Assembly (NCBI GenBank): GCA_965197905.1
Contig: CBDAOB010000004.1
Location: forward strand, 1,888,001 to 1,952,000
Length of the DNA stretch: 64,000 nucleotides
DNA from: Candidatus Latescibacterota bacterium
GTDB lineage: Bacteria > Latescibacterota > UBA2968 > UBA8231
Direction of reading: 5' to 3'
The stretch's first letter is position 1, and each line of letters begins with the position of its first letter. The notes beneath the pieces are model-generated. The model saw only the letters and a program-made list of their open reading frames with translations, did no database searches and was not told the DNA's origin. Positions 1-10,647 of this stretch are shown here, in pieces. A program made the position numbers and the translations under genes.

Positions 1-1
1 A

Positions 2-913
2 GTGGCGCTGGATGGTTCGGTCTACTTCAGCGAGATCACCTTTACGGCCGCGTCCGACATGGCCGCTGGATATATCTGGCGCTACGACCCGAAAACCAAG
101 AAGACCGCCATCTACCGTTCCCCCAGCGGCATGTCCAACGGTCTGAAGTTCGATGCCAAGGGGCGTCTCATTGCCGCCGAAGGAGCAGATTACGGTGGCC
201 GCCGCGTGACGCGGACGGACCTCTCCACCGGCAAGACGGAGATCATCGCCGGGCTCTACGACGGCAAGCCGTTCAACGCTCCCAACGATATCACCCTCGA
301 CGAAATGGGCCGGATCTACTTCAGTGATCCCCGGTATTTGGGTCACGAACCGGTGGAGCAGCCTACCTTCGGGGTCTATCGCATCGACCCAGACCGCAGC
401 GTCCACCTGATCATCACCGATGCCGGCAAGCCGAACGGGGTCGCCGTCTCCCCTGACCAGAAGAGTCTCTACGTCGTGAGCAACGACAACGGCTCCACCG
501 GCCTGTTCCGGCTGCCGGAAGGGTTGACGAAGACCCATAAAGGCCGCATGGCGCTGCTGGCCTACGATCTACACGAGGACGGCACCGCCACCTTCCGCGA
601 GGAGCTGGTGGATTATTCCCCCGAGGACGGTCCGGACGGTTTGGTATGCGACACGGACGGCAATCTCTGGGTGGCGGTACGCGACGTAACGCGGCCCGGG
701 ATCAATGTCTACTCGCCCAAGGGGAAGGAGCTGGCGCGGATTCCGATGCCGATGCGCGGGGAAGAGGGTTGGCTGGGCGGCAAGGGGTTCAGTATTCCCA
801 CTAACGTTGCCTTCGGTCGCGGCAAGGAGAGCAAAACCCTCTACGTCACCGCTGACGCGGACCTCTATCGGATCAAGGTGAAGAAAGACGGCTACCACCT
901 GCCCGAGAAGTAG
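2..913 (+). CDS. SMP-30/gluconolactonase/LRE-family protein, 5' end probably outside the window
   Basis: Beta-propeller motifs SNGL, FNAPND, PNGVAVSPD, PDGLVCD, PTNVAFG. Confidence 0.88.
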   Translation: MALDGSVYFSEITFTAASDMAAGYIWRYDPKTKKTAIYRSPSGMSNGLKFDAKGRLIAAEGADYGGRRVTRTDLSTGKTEIIAGLYDGKPFNAPNDITLDEMGRIYFSDPRYLGHEPVEQPTFGVYRIDPDRSVHLIITDAGKPNGVAVSPDQKSLYVVSNDNGSTGLFRLPEGLTKTHKGRMALLAYDLHEDGTATFREELVDYSPEDGPDGLVCDTDGNLWVAVRDVTRPGINVYSPKGKELARIPMPMRGEEGWLGGKGFSIPTNVAFGRGKESKTLYVTADADLYRIKVKKDGYHLPEK

Positions 914-967
914 ACGTCAGCGATCCGGCGTAAAGCTGCCTAAACGGGGGCTCGGACGGGCCGCTCG

Positions 968-2158
968 TTACATATACGGGGTCAAATCGAACCGCGCGCC
1001 GGTCTCTGCTGCGACGTACGCCCCATAACAAACGGCAACGATGTCGCGAGCGATTTCGATCGTTCCTTTGGGATCGCGGCCATAGGCGATCGATTCGCAG
1101 AAGTCCTGCAGCTCATCCGGAAAACCGTTCATCCAGTCTTCGTTCGGGTTGGTGAGCTGCCACCCCGCCCGCGTCTCCACCTTTTCGCGAATGTAGGCGT
1201 CACCAAGGACCGCTTCATCGGGCACGTAAGTCATCATGCCGGTGTTGGGGTTGATGTTGCAGTGCACCACGGCTTTGCTGGAGTAAACGCTCAGTAGATT
1301 CTGGATCCCCCCCAACGTGATGTCCGCGGCCGTCAGCTGTGCTACCGACTTATCGGCGAAGGTGAGGAGCATGGAGCCCCAGTCCTCGCAATCGTGCCAC
1401 CCGGTTTGCACCCACTTTTCTTCTTCCCCCACGAAGGAAGCGACCTCGGTTATGTTGCCGACCTCGGCCACCACCGACTTCGGTTTGATTGGCTTCCCAT
1501 TCCGCCGAATCCCTTCCTCGTATTTCAGATAAAGTGCCCCCGCCACCGGATGACAGCCCTTGTTGAACAGACTGCCGCCACCGCAGTGCCGCCAAATCTT
1601 GGCGTATTCGGAGTGGGTGCCGCTATGGGATTCCTCGGCCACGATCCTCAGGATGGTGTTGTCGCTCTTGCTCAGTACCTCGTTGGCTTTCTGAACACTG
1701 GGAGCGTAGATCCAGTTTTCGGCGTAACAAAGCTGCACGCCGTGGCGAGTGACGGCGTCGGCCATGGCATCGGCCGATGCCAGCGCGGTCTGGAACATGT
1801 CGCGCCGTGCGACCTCCTTGCCGACCGACTCCTGTTTGCCGTCGCCGAAAAAGCCGGTTAGCGGTTTCTCGCAAATGATGTCTTTGCCGGCCGCGGCCGC
1901 CTGGATCACCAGGGGGTGATGTTGGGAATTTGGAGTGCACAGGTCGACCACGTTGATCTCCGGATCCGCGAGCAACTCCTCCACGGATGCGTACGCACGC
2001 TCCAGTCCATGAGCTTCCACAAACGCCTTGGCGCCGTCCGCTGTCCGCGAGGCCGCACCTTTGATCCGGATGTCCAGGCCGTAGACTTTGCGGTAGTTCT
2101 CTAGATGAAAGGAAGCGGCAAACCCGTTTCCGACAACGCCGATTACCAGCGGTTTCAT
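968..2158 (-). CDS. Gfo/Idh/MocA-family oxidoreductase
   Basis: N-terminal Rossmann GVVGNGFAA, CEKP motif, GGGSL..KGCHP. Confidence 0.9.
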   Translation of the reverse strand: MKPLVIGVVGNGFAASFHLENYRKVYGLDIRIKGAASRTADGAKAFVEAHGLERAYASVEELLADPEINVVDLCTPNSQHHPLVIQAAAAGKDIICEKPLTGFFGDGKQESVGKEVARRDMFQTALASADAMADAVTRHGVQLCYAENWIYAPSVQKANEVLSKSDNTILRIVAEESHSGTHSEYAKIWRHCGGGSLFNKGCHPVAGALYLKYEEGIRRNGKPIKPKSVVAEVGNITEVASFVGEEEKWVQTGWHDCEDWGSMLLTFADKSVAQLTAADITLGGIQNLLSVYSSKAVVHCNINPNTGMMTYVPDEAVLGDAYIREKVETRAGWQLTNPNEDWMNGFPDELQDFCESIAYGRDPKGTIEIARDIVAVCYGAYVAAETGARFDLTPYM

Positions 2159-2324
2159 AAGAATCCTTGAGGGTTGGTGACGCTGACCGTCGCACTACGA
2201 GCTGGAATTGTACGCGAGGAGTTCGATGTGCTCAAGCGGCAAACGCACCTCGAATGCCTTGCGCCCGACTTCACATTTTTGCATATCCTCAGGGAGCGCA
2301 GCGTTAAATCTGGAGGAGCATCCC

Positions 2325-3170
2325 ATGGCCGAGAACCAATCTAATCAGAAGCCCGATTCAAAGGACGCAAACATCGGCGACGTCCGTCCGCACAAAAGGA
2401 AGAAGCTCAGTGCCGATGCATACGAAAAGAAACTGGAGAAAAAACTGCAGGAGCTGGTCAAGATGCAATATTGGATCAAGAAGTCGGGAATGCGGGTCGT
2501 ACTCATCTTCGAAGGGCGTGATGCCGCGGGCAAGGGCGGGACCATTAAAAGAGTGGTGGAGCCCCTGAATCCGAGAGGCTGTCGCGTGGTTGCTCTGGGC
2601 ACGCCTTCCGACCGCGAACGGACCCAGTGGTATTTTCAGCGTTATGTCTCCCATCTCCCGGCCGCGGGCGAGATGGTCGTGTTCGATCGCAGCTGGTACA
2701 ACCGGGCGGGGGTCGAACGGGTAATGGAGTTTTGTACCGACGAGGAATACCTGGAATTCCTGCGGTCCTGTCCGGAGTTCGAACGCATGCTCGTCCGTTC
2801 CGGAATCGTACTGCTGAAATACTGGTTTTCGGTAAGCGAGGAAGAACAAGACCGCAGATTTCGCGGGCGTGCGAAGGATCCTATGCGCAGATGGAAGCTC
2901 AGTCCCATGGATCTGGAGGGTCGCGACCGATGGGTGGAGTACTCCAAAGCGAAGGACGAGATGTTCTTCTACACTGACATCGAGGAGGCACGGTGGTACA
3001 CCGTCGAATCAGACGACAAACGACGGGCGCGACTGAACTGTATCGCCCACATATTAAACACGATACCGTATGACGACGTGACCCCCGATCCGATCAAGCT
3101 GAAGAAGCGGAAAGAGTACGAGCCGTACAAGCGCCCCCCCAAACATCTCGCCGTCCCCGATAAATTCTGA
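2325..3170 (+). CDS. ppk2: Polyphosphate kinase 2
   Basis: EGRDAAGKGG P-loop, FDRSWYNRAGVERVM, WKLSPMD; ATG at 2325 follows a GGAGGAG RBS. Confidence 0.95.
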   Translation: MAENQSNQKPDSKDANIGDVRPHKRKKLSADAYEKKLEKKLQELVKMQYWIKKSGMRVVLIFEGRDAAGKGGTIKRVVEPLNPRGCRVVALGTPSDRERTQWYFQRYVSHLPAAGEMVVFDRSWYNRAGVERVMEFCTDEEYLEFLRSCPEFERMLVRSGIVLLKYWFSVSEEEQDRRFRGRAKDPMRRWKLSPMDLEGRDRWVEYSKAKDEMFFYTDIEEARWYTVESDDKRRARLNCIAHILNTIPYDDVTPDPIKLKKRKEYEPYKRPPKHLAVPDKF

Positions 3171-3221
3171 GCGCGGAGTTACATACCTGCGACTTCAGGC
3201 GGGGGTGATGCATCAAACGCA

Positions 3222-3836
3222 ATGACGGAGGTTGACGAGCTCGAGCTGGTCCAACAGGCGCGCCACGGCGACGTCGGTGCGTTCGAAACGCTGCTGGACC
3301 GCTACCAGCCGCGTGTTCTTCGGATCGTGCTGCCGATCGTGAAGAATTCGATGGATGCCGAGGAGGTGGTCCAGGACGTTTTTCTCTCGGTGTTCCAAAA
3401 GATCGACCGCTTTCGCGGTGACTCGAGTCTTTCGACCTGGATTCACCGCATCGCCGTAAATACAGCGCTCATGCGGCGACGACGCCACAAACCGGGTGTC
3501 GACGTGCCGTTGGACGACGTGCTCCCAGCGTTCGAGGAAAACGGCCATATCGCCGCCGACGTCGCTGATTGGTCCAGAGAGGCGACCGATCCGGCGTTGC
3601 TTGAAGAGGCCAGCGCGGTCATATCTGCCGCCGTAGACCACCTGGACGATAAGTATCTCAGCGTTTTCATGTTGCGCGACGTGGAGGGACTCTCCACCGC
3701 AGAAACGGCCGGCATTCTCGAGCTTGGCATATCGGCCGTAAAGTCGAGGTTGCATCGAGCTCGCCTTTATCTTCGCCAGGAGCTAGCCGAGTACTTCGAC
3801 CGACGAACCCGCCGGGAGGAAGATGTCAACGTGTAA
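3222..3836 (+). CDS. ECF RNA polymerase sigma-70 factor
   Basis: DAEEVVQDVFL, STWIHRIAVN (region 2); GLSTAETAGILE...VKSRLHRAR (region 4). Confidence 0.93.
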   Translation: MTEVDELELVQQARHGDVGAFETLLDRYQPRVLRIVLPIVKNSMDAEEVVQDVFLSVFQKIDRFRGDSSLSTWIHRIAVNTALMRRRRHKPGVDVPLDDVLPAFEENGHIAADVADWSREATDPALLEEASAVISAAVDHLDDKYLSVFMLRDVEGLSTAETAGILELGISAVKSRLHRARLYLRQELAEYFDRRTRREEDVNV

Positions 3837-4065
3837 GGAAGTGATTCAGGTGCTCACCGAATACCTCGAAGACGATCTGAGCACGGAAGAGAAGGCGCGC
3901 TTCGAGCAACACATGTCAGAGTGCAGCCCGTGTATGGCGTTTCTGCGCACCTACGAGAAGTCCAGCGAGCTGGCCACGAACGCTCTGCGTGCGGAAGAGA
4001 TCCCAGACGAGTTGCAGCAGCGGATTCGCGGATTCCTCAAAGAGAAGCTCGGACTGCGAGGGTGA
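3823..4065 (+). CDS. Soluble zinc-binding anti-sigma factor (zf-HC2/ZAS)
   Basis: N-terminal Cys plus HxxxCxxC (HMSECSPC); overlaps the sigma gene end; no TM helix. Confidence 0.88.
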   Translation: MSTCKEVIQVLTEYLEDDLSTEEKARFEQHMSECSPCMAFLRTYEKSSELATNALRAEEIPDELQQRIRGFLKEKLGLRG

Positions 4066-4086
4066 GGGTCTCGCCCTCGGTCCTCT

Positions 4087-5703
4087 ATGAAGAAATCCCG
4101 TCGCAAGAACCCACCTAAACCTGAAAGCCAATCATCCTCGCCGTCCACCACGGCGGCGTATTTCGAATGCCTGCGAGAGTCCGCCGAGTCCCCTAAGGGG
4201 GTGCGCCGCGTAGCCCTGGGATTGGCCGTCGTTACCTTCCTGCTGGGCGCCTGGACGTTTGATGCGAAACTCTCTCTCAGTGGCGACAACACCGAGTTCA
4301 TCACCCTTGCCCGCAGCCTTGCTCAAGGTACCGGGCTGACCCACATCAATACCGCGGTGCCGGCCCCGGCGACCAAATACCCACCCGGATTCCCCCTGCT
4401 TCTGGCCCCTATGGAGCTCTGGGCTCCGGGGTCCTGGACGCCGATGAAATGGGTTGTCCTGGTGATGTTTACGGCTTCGGTGCCGCTCTTCTTCTACCTC
4501 ATGCGCACCAGCCTCGGCACCCTGCCATCTCTGTGCGCCGCGGTGATCTGTCTCACTATTCCCCTTCTGCAAGACTACGCTCACCAGGTCATGTCGGAGG
4601 TTCCGTACCTGGCATTTTCCGTGGCGGCGTTATTTCTCCTGCAGCGTTCAGGTGAAAACCCGTCGGTGCGGGGGAACCGCTGGTTGCTTGCCGCTTTTGT
4701 GTGCACCATGGCGGCGTATTACATCCGCACGGTGGGCATCGTGCTCATTGCCGCCGCAGTTCTCCATTTCTTGGTGCGCGGCGAGCGAAAGAAGGGGCTG
4801 ATGTTCTTCGGGGGGGCGCTGTTGGCCTGGTTGCCCTGGACCCTGCGCAATCGCGCCGTCGGCGCGGGGGGTGTCTATCTGCAGCAGCTCATCCAGGTGA
4901 ACCCGTACTTTCCCGACCAGGGTCTTTTGGGCTTTGCCGGATTTGCCGACCGCGTCCTGCAGAACACGGCGATCTACTACCTGCAGATCCTGCCGTCCAT
5001 CGGAAGCTACCCCGAACTGTACCACGGAGCAGCGGTCCTGTTCCCTCCCCTGTCAGCCGTCATCGCCATCTCGATGATCTATGCCGGCGTTCAGGCCTAC
5101 CGTTCGCGCCGCGACCTCTTGCTGCTTATCTACACCGTTCTTTTCCTCGGCACGGTGGTGCTGTGGTACTGGAGCGGTGATCGTTTCCTGGTCCCGATCC
5201 TTCCCCTGTTGCTCTATTTCACCGTGCGCGCAGGGTCGGACCTGTTGAGCTTCGCTGCGCGTCGCGGGTTGCGTACCCCGATTCCACTGGTGGTCGTGAC
5301 GGTGCTGATCCTGGCGGCTCTTTCCAACAACACGAGCGGTCTGCAAAAGCTAGCAGAGCGCGCCCGGGGCGATTATTACCCGAACTGGGGCAACTACTAT
5401 CGCGCCGGGATGTGGCTGCGCGAGAACACCCCGGAACCCTCCATCGTGGCCTGTCGCAAGGGGTACTGGATGTACGTGGTATCCGGTCGTCCTTGTGTGC
5501 TCTACGCCTTCGACGATCCGGAACAGGTCATTGTGGGGTTGGAGCAGAATGGGGTAGACTTCGTTGTTGTCGATCAGCTCGGCTTTCGACATACGGGCGA
5601 CTATCTCGTGCCCGCCATCCAGCAGTACGAGGAGCGCTTCGAGGTCGTATGGCATGCCGCCAATCCGGATACCTGGGTACTGAGGTTTTTGGCGCCCAAG
5701 TAA
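4087..5703 (+). CDS. Multi-TM glycosyltransferase, GT-C fold (ArnT/PMT-like)
   Basis: D in first loop (SGDNTEFITLARSL), KYPPGFPLLL, MSEVPY, many TM helices, RFLVPILP. Confidence 0.75.
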   Translation: MKKSRRKNPPKPESQSSSPSTTAAYFECLRESAESPKGVRRVALGLAVVTFLLGAWTFDAKLSLSGDNTEFITLARSLAQGTGLTHINTAVPAPATKYPPGFPLLLAPMELWAPGSWTPMKWVVLVMFTASVPLFFYLMRTSLGTLPSLCAAVICLTIPLLQDYAHQVMSEVPYLAFSVAALFLLQRSGENPSVRGNRWLLAAFVCTMAAYYIRTVGIVLIAAAVLHFLVRGERKKGLMFFGGALLAWLPWTLRNRAVGAGGVYLQQLIQVNPYFPDQGLLGFAGFADRVLQNTAIYYLQILPSIGSYPELYHGAAVLFPPLSAVIAISMIYAGVQAYRSRRDLLLLIYTVLFLGTVVLWYWSGDRFLVPILPLLLYFTVRAGSDLLSFAARRGLRTPIPLVVVTVLILAALSNNTSGLQKLAERARGDYYPNWGNYYRAGMWLRENTPEPSIVACRKGYWMYVVSGRPCVLYAFDDPEQVIVGLEQNGVDFVVVDQLGFRHTGDYLVPAIQQYEERFEVVWHAANPDTWVLRFLAPK

Positions 5704-5709
5704 CGCTGT

Positions 5710-5739
5710 TTGACACCCGTTTGAGTCGCTTCCTACATT
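5710..5739 (+). promoter_or_regulatory. Putative sigma70 promoter
   Basis: TTGACA (5710-5715), 18-bp spacer, TACATT (5734-5739). Confidence 0.45.
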
Positions 5740-5773
5740 GAGCAGCGTGATTCACAGTAGTTTGCCAGGAGCG

Positions 5774-7699
5774 GTGATCCAGCGTTTGATCGGTTGGGGC
5801 CGTGTCTGGTCGATTCCTTCCTTCGCGTCCTACCTGCTTTGTAGTCTCGTCTTCACCTACCCGCTAGTCCTCCAGCTAGGTACCCATGTGCCCGGCACGG
5901 TTGCCGGCGACGTACCGGTCTATATCTGGAACCTGTGGTGGACCAGGTTCGCGCTCCTGGCCGGCGCAAGCCCTCTCTTCTCCGACTACATCTTCGCGCC
6001 CAACGGCGTTTCGCTGGTCTTCCACGCATTTGTTTTCTTCAAGTCGCTGCTGGCCATCCCCATGCAGGCGCTGTTCAGCACGTGGACCAGCTACAACCTG
6101 CTCATCCTCGAAACCTTCACCGTGTCGGGGTACTTTATGTACCTCCTGGCACGGCACCTCACCGAAAGTCGAGCCGCCGCCTGGGTGGCGGGGTTGATCT
6201 ACGGCTTCAGTCCGTACATGCTGACGCGAGGTACCGGCCACCTGAACTACCTCAGCGGTGAGTTTATTCCGCTCTATGCACTGTGCCTTGTGCGTTTGAT
6301 CGAAGAAGGTCGAGCCAGATGGGCCGTGGGTGGGGGGGTTTGTCTGCTGTTCACCGCCTATTGTGAGTATTACTACCTGATATATCTGAGCATCTTCACC
6401 CTGGCCTTTCTCGCTTATCGTATCCGTCGCGATCCCACCTCCGCGCTGCGCCCGGACCTGGTCAAACAGCTTGGTTTGATGGGCGCCATCGTATTGGTGG
6501 GATTCTCTCCCATTCTAATGGCCCTTCTTACCGCGACGGAAAGCGGGTTTATCTACGGTGGGTGGAGTGGCTCGGCTAAGATGGGGGCAGACCTGCTGGC
6601 GTTCGTGGTGCCCCCGCCAGGCAGCCTGCTGTACGGCGATGTCGGCCGCAGTCTCTACGCCGTTTTCACCGGCGGCAACGCCATCGAAGGCACGGTTTTC
6701 GTTGGTTTCACGGCGCTGGCGCTGGCCGTATGGAGCTCGCTTCGCCTGCGCCGCGATTTACAGGTGCGGCCATGGTTATGGATCACACTGCTGTTCTGGT
6801 TGTTGTCGCTGGGCCCGCTCCTGCACATCGGCGGGGATTTTGTTTTTGGATTCGGACCCGTTCGGTTCTCGATTCCACTGCCATACTTCCTAGTGCACTA
6901 CATCCCGTTGATCAAGGGTGCCCGCGTTCCCGCGCGTTTCGACATCATGGTCAATCTCGGCATCGCGGTTCTTTGCGCTTTCACGCTGCGGCACCTGTTG
7001 CAGCTGACCACCAAAGCATGGCCTGCGGCGTTTGGAGTTTCGCTGTTGATCGCCCTGGAGTACCTGAGGTTACCCTACCCGACGGCGGAGGTAAAAATCC
7101 CCGAGTTTTACCGCGAGATCGCCGCCGACCCACGCGAGGTATCGGTCATGGAGGTACCCCTGGGTTGGCGCACCGGCTGGGGCAGCACCGGACGCAGTCA
7201 CGACTGGCAGCAGCTCTACCAGATCGTGCACGGCAAACGCATTATCGGTGGATTCGCCTCCCGCGTTCCGGAAAGCCAACTGCAGGCGATGACGGATCTG
7301 CCGGCCATTGCTCCATTGCTGCGCCTGCAGGAATCCGTGCCCACCGAACCCTCGGCCACCGGTGCCCGTCGGGAAGCCATTTGCGCCCAGGTTCGCGAAC
7401 TGATTGACCATCTACCCGAATTCGCGGCGCAGCAGTTGGAAGCCAATGCCGCGTTGCAACGATTCCTGCAGCTGGCGCCGAGCCGCACATCGGTGTCCGA
7501 CGAACCCTCTACCTGGAGCCGATCCAGCGGTGCCAGGCTGGTCGAGGCGACGCAGCTGGGGTACATCGTGGTCCATCCGCCGTACAGCGACCTTGCGCCG
7601 CTCACAAGTTATCTCGAACGTGTATGGTCCTTGCGCAGGCTCTACGAGCGCGACGGAATCATCGCATACGCGGTAGTCCCCGACACCTCCACCAGATAA
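5774..7699 (+). CDS. Large multi-TM protein, YfhO/GT-C-like membrane glycosyltransferase
   Basis: GDVPVYIWNLWW, AGLIYGFSPY, RVPARF and a C-terminal extracytoplasmic domain; GTG at 5774 follows AGGAG (ORF open from 5738). Confidence 0.65.
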   Translation: MIQRLIGWGRVWSIPSFASYLLCSLVFTYPLVLQLGTHVPGTVAGDVPVYIWNLWWTRFALLAGASPLFSDYIFAPNGVSLVFHAFVFFKSLLAIPMQALFSTWTSYNLLILETFTVSGYFMYLLARHLTESRAAAWVAGLIYGFSPYMLTRGTGHLNYLSGEFIPLYALCLVRLIEEGRARWAVGGGVCLLFTAYCEYYYLIYLSIFTLAFLAYRIRRDPTSALRPDLVKQLGLMGAIVLVGFSPILMALLTATESGFIYGGWSGSAKMGADLLAFVVPPPGSLLYGDVGRSLYAVFTGGNAIEGTVFVGFTALALAVWSSLRLRRDLQVRPWLWITLLFWLLSLGPLLHIGGDFVFGFGPVRFSIPLPYFLVHYIPLIKGARVPARFDIMVNLGIAVLCAFTLRHLLQLTTKAWPAAFGVSLLIALEYLRLPYPTAEVKIPEFYREIAADPREVSVMEVPLGWRTGWGSTGRSHDWQQLYQIVHGKRIIGGFASRVPESQLQAMTDLPAIAPLLRLQESVPTEPSATGARREAICAQVRELIDHLPEFAAQQLEANAALQRFLQLAPSRTSVSDEPSTWSRSSGARLVEATQLGYIVVHPPYSDLAPLTSYLERVWSLRRLYERDGIIAYAVVPDTSTR

Positions 7700-7721
7700 C
7701 CAGACGGCAAGGCGGAGCCCG

Positions 7722-8444
7722 TTGGCAGAGCCCGAACGACCGACGCTTTACATCGTCATACCTGCCCTCAATGAGGAGGAGATCATCCTCACCACCTTGA
7801 GGCGGATCGAGAACGAGTTGGATCTGGACTACCAGGTCATCGTCGTCAACGATCACTCCACCGATCGCACCGAAGAAGTGGTGCGCGAGTTCGCCATCGA
7901 AAACCACCACGTACAGCTGGTGAACAACGAAGGCGGCCGCGGGTTTACCAATGCCCTGCGGGTGGGATACGATGCGGCGGGAGAGGGTGTGATCGTGACT
8001 ATGATGGCGGATCTCTGCGATGATCCACAAACCTTGCCGAGGATGTATGAGAAAATCGTCGAAGGGTACGACGTGGTCTGCGGTTCCCGCTACATGCCCG
8101 GGGGTGGAAAGGAAGCGGAAGACAGCGAGGTGAAAGGGGCTCTTTCGAGGTTTGTGGGTCTCTCGCTGCGCTGGCTCGTAGGGCTGCCGACCCACGACGT
8201 TACCAACGCTTTCAAGATGTACCGCAGCGAAATACTGAAGTCGATCACCATCGAAGAGGCAGGTTTCGCCAGCTCACTGGAGATAACGGTCAAGGCGTAT
8301 CTTAAGGGGTGTCGCATCACCGAGGTTCCCACGGTGTGGCGTGGGCGCACGGCGGGCAAATCGAAATTCAGCATGTTGAAGGGGGGAAAGGACTACCTGC
8401 GCTGGTACGTGTGGGCGGTTCTTCTGCGGAAACACAAGTTCTAG
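7722..8444 (+). CDS. GT2 glycosyltransferase, DPM1-like (polyprenol-phosphate sugar synthase type)
   Basis: IVIPALNEE, VNDHSTDRT, MMADLCDDP, GSRYMPGG. Confidence 0.88.
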   Translation: MAEPERPTLYIVIPALNEEEIILTTLRRIENELDLDYQVIVVNDHSTDRTEEVVREFAIENHHVQLVNNEGGRGFTNALRVGYDAAGEGVIVTMMADLCDDPQTLPRMYEKIVEGYDVVCGSRYMPGGGKEAEDSEVKGALSRFVGLSLRWLVGLPTHDVTNAFKMYRSEILKSITIEEAGFASSLEITVKAYLKGCRITEVPTVWRGRTAGKSKFSMLKGGKDYLRWYVWAVLLRKHKF

Positions 8445-8465
8445 TCGACGCTGGCGGTCCTTACA

Positions 8466-9530
8466 TTACGAACCGCGCTCCAGGGTTGCCTCGACGATCT
8501 CACCAATGATCCGTTCCATGTCGTACTGATACGACCACTCGGGGTAATGCTGTTGGAATCGGCGCACGTCGCTGATCCACCAGATATGGTCGCCCGACCG
8601 CGCATCCTCTCCCAAGGTGTAGTCCAGCTTCTTGCCCGAAGATTTCTCCGTCATGGCGATCGCCTCCAGCATGGAGCAGTTGCTGTGCCGGCTGCCCCCC
8701 ATGTTATACACCTCGCCCATCCGGGGATCGCGGAAAAACTCCCAGAATGCGGCCACGAGGTCGCGGCTGTGGATGTTGTCCCGCACCTGTTTTCCCTTGT
8801 AACCGAAGATGGTGTACGGCCGGCCGGTCACGGCGCATTTGACCAGGTAGGCGAGAAACCCGTGAAGCTCAGCGCCCGAATGAGCGGGCCCCGTCAGACA
8901 GCCGCCGCGAAACGAAACGGTCTTCAGGTCGAAGTAACGGCCGTACTCCTGGGTCATCACATCCGCAGCCACCTTGGATGCGCCGAACACGCTGTGCTTC
9001 GACTGATCGATGGTCATGCTCTCGTCGATGCCGTATTCACAGTACGGATGTGACGAGTCGACCTCCCAACGGGACTCTCGTTCGACCAGCGGCAAGCGGT
9101 TCGGTGTGTCTCCGTAGACCTTGTTGGTGCTACAGAAGATGAACGCCGCCTGCGGACAATGCCTGCGCGTTGCCTCCAACAGGTTCAGGGTACCGTTGGC
9201 GTTTACACTGAAATCTGTAAGCGGCTCCTTCGCCGCCCAGTCGTGAGAAGGCTGGGCGGCGGTGTGAACGATCAGTTCGATCTCCGTACCATATTGCGCG
9301 AACAAGCGGTTCAGGTCCTCCGTGTCGCGCACGTCAATGTCGTGGTGGCGGTAATTCCCCAGGGTCTTCTCTAGGGCCTGTCGATTCCATTCCGTTGAGC
9401 CATCGGACCCGAAGAAGTACTGTCGCATATTGTTGTCGACACCGGCGACATCCATCCCCTGGGCGTGCAAGAATCTCGCCGATTCGCTGCCGATCAGTCC
9501 GGCGGAGCCTGTGACCAGTGCAACACTCAC
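8466..9530 (-). CDS. NAD-dependent epimerase/dehydratase, CDP-paratose 2-epimerase-like
   Basis: [35 protein letters not shown]. Confidence 0.85.
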   Translation of the reverse strand: MSVALVTGSAGLIGSESARFLHAQGMDVAGVDNNMRQYFFGSDGSTEWNRQALEKTLGNYRHHDIDVRDTEDLNRLFAQYGTEIELIVHTAAQPSHDWAAKEPLTDFSVNANGTLNLLEATRRHCPQAAFIFCSTNKVYGDTPNRLPLVERESRWEVDSSHPYCEYGIDESMTIDQSKHSVFGASKVAADVMTQEYGRYFDLKTVSFRGGCLTGPAHSGAELHGFLAYLVKCAVTGRPYTIFGYKGKQVRDNIHSRDLVAAFWEFFRDPRMGEVYNMGGSRHSNCSMLEAIAMTEKSSGKKLDYTLGEDARSGDHIWWISDVRRFQQHYPEWSYQYDMERIIGEIVEATLERGS

Positions 9531-9538
9531 CCGCTACC

Positions 9539-10606
9539 TCAGCTGAAGATGGGGCGGACCGTATCCTCTTCCGCCTTGAGCCACTCGAAAACGTCGGTCG
9601 CGATCTCTCTTATCCCCGTCTTGGGACGCCACCCCGTGCTCGATGTTACCTTGCTGTTGTCGGTCACATAGTACGGTACGTCCACCTTGCCGGTCTCCGG
9701 GTCTGCGCTTATCTCCACCTCCCTCCCGGTTACCTCGCGACACAGCTTCGTGTACTGTCTCAGGGAGGTCGAACCTTGCAGACCACCGCCCACATTGAAG
9801 ACCTCGCCGGCATACTCCTGCATCCGCTCCGACTGCAGGTCGATGAGCGCAAACAGATCGTCGGGATGGAGCAGATCTCGCACCTGTTTTCCGGTGCCGC
9901 CAAAGCCGATATAACGCAACGGTTTCTCGAAGTAGTGCCGCGCAACCCACATGGTGTACACGCCTTGATCCGCCTTGCCCCACTGCCCGCTGCCGGCGAT
10001 GACGCCGCACCGATTGACCACCGCGTGCAAGTCGAAGAGCTCGCTGTACTCCTGGATGATGAGTTCCGAAGCGAGTTTCGTCGCGCCGTACAAGGATCTG
10101 TACCGCGCTGTTTCGAAGGTCTCGGAAATGCCGTCAACAGAGCAACCAAGCGGAAGGGTTTCGCACTCGTCCAGGTCGAGGCGTTCGTCTCCAGCGGTCA
10201 AGGGCAAAGCCTTCAAAGCCGGGATGGAGTAGACCCGGGAGGTGGACAGAAAGATTACAGCGTCGCAACGCTTGCGGGCGAACTCCAGACAGTTCAGCGT
10301 TCCCGTTAGGTTGGTATGCAGCAGGTAGGAAGGCTCTGAGTTGAGGCCGGCGAGGACCGAAGCTTCGGCCGACGCCTCGATAAGCCGATCGAACGATCCT
10401 TCTACCGCCGCCAGATCGTCGGGGTTGCGAATATCGCCATGGACAAACTCGATACCTCGACGCTTGAAATCGGAGAGGTTCAACTCGGAGCCCCGTCGCT
10501 TTAAGTTGTCCACGACAACTACGCGGCGATCGGGATAACGATCTTTTAGTCGCCGCGCGATGCTGGCGCCCACGAAACCAGCACCTCCCGTAATCAGTAC
10601 GCTCAA
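9539..10606 (-). CDS. NAD-dependent epimerase/dehydratase (second of a tandem pair)
   Basis: TGGAGFVG, YGATK (YxxxK), GKQVRDLLH. Confidence 0.85.
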   Translation of the reverse strand: MSVLITGGAGFVGASIARRLKDRYPDRRVVVVDNLKRRGSELNLSDFKRRGIEFVHGDIRNPDDLAAVEGSFDRLIEASAEASVLAGLNSEPSYLLHTNLTGTLNCLEFARKRCDAVIFLSTSRVYSIPALKALPLTAGDERLDLDECETLPLGCSVDGISETFETARYRSLYGATKLASELIIQEYSELFDLHAVVNRCGVIAGSGQWGKADQGVYTMWVARHYFEKPLRYIGFGGTGKQVRDLLHPDDLFALIDLQSERMQEYAGEVFNVGGGLQGSTSLRQYTKLCREVTGREVEISADPETGKVDVPYYVTDNSKVTSSTGWRPKTGIREIATDVFEWLKAEEDTVRPIFS

Positions 10607-10647
10607 CCTGTGTGATCCGCTGGTATCGGGTGAAGTATCTGCACGCT

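Noticed and set aside
8466..10606. Tandem paralogous epimerases as a novel system
   Set aside because: Paired CDP-sugar epimerase-like genes are common in glycan loci
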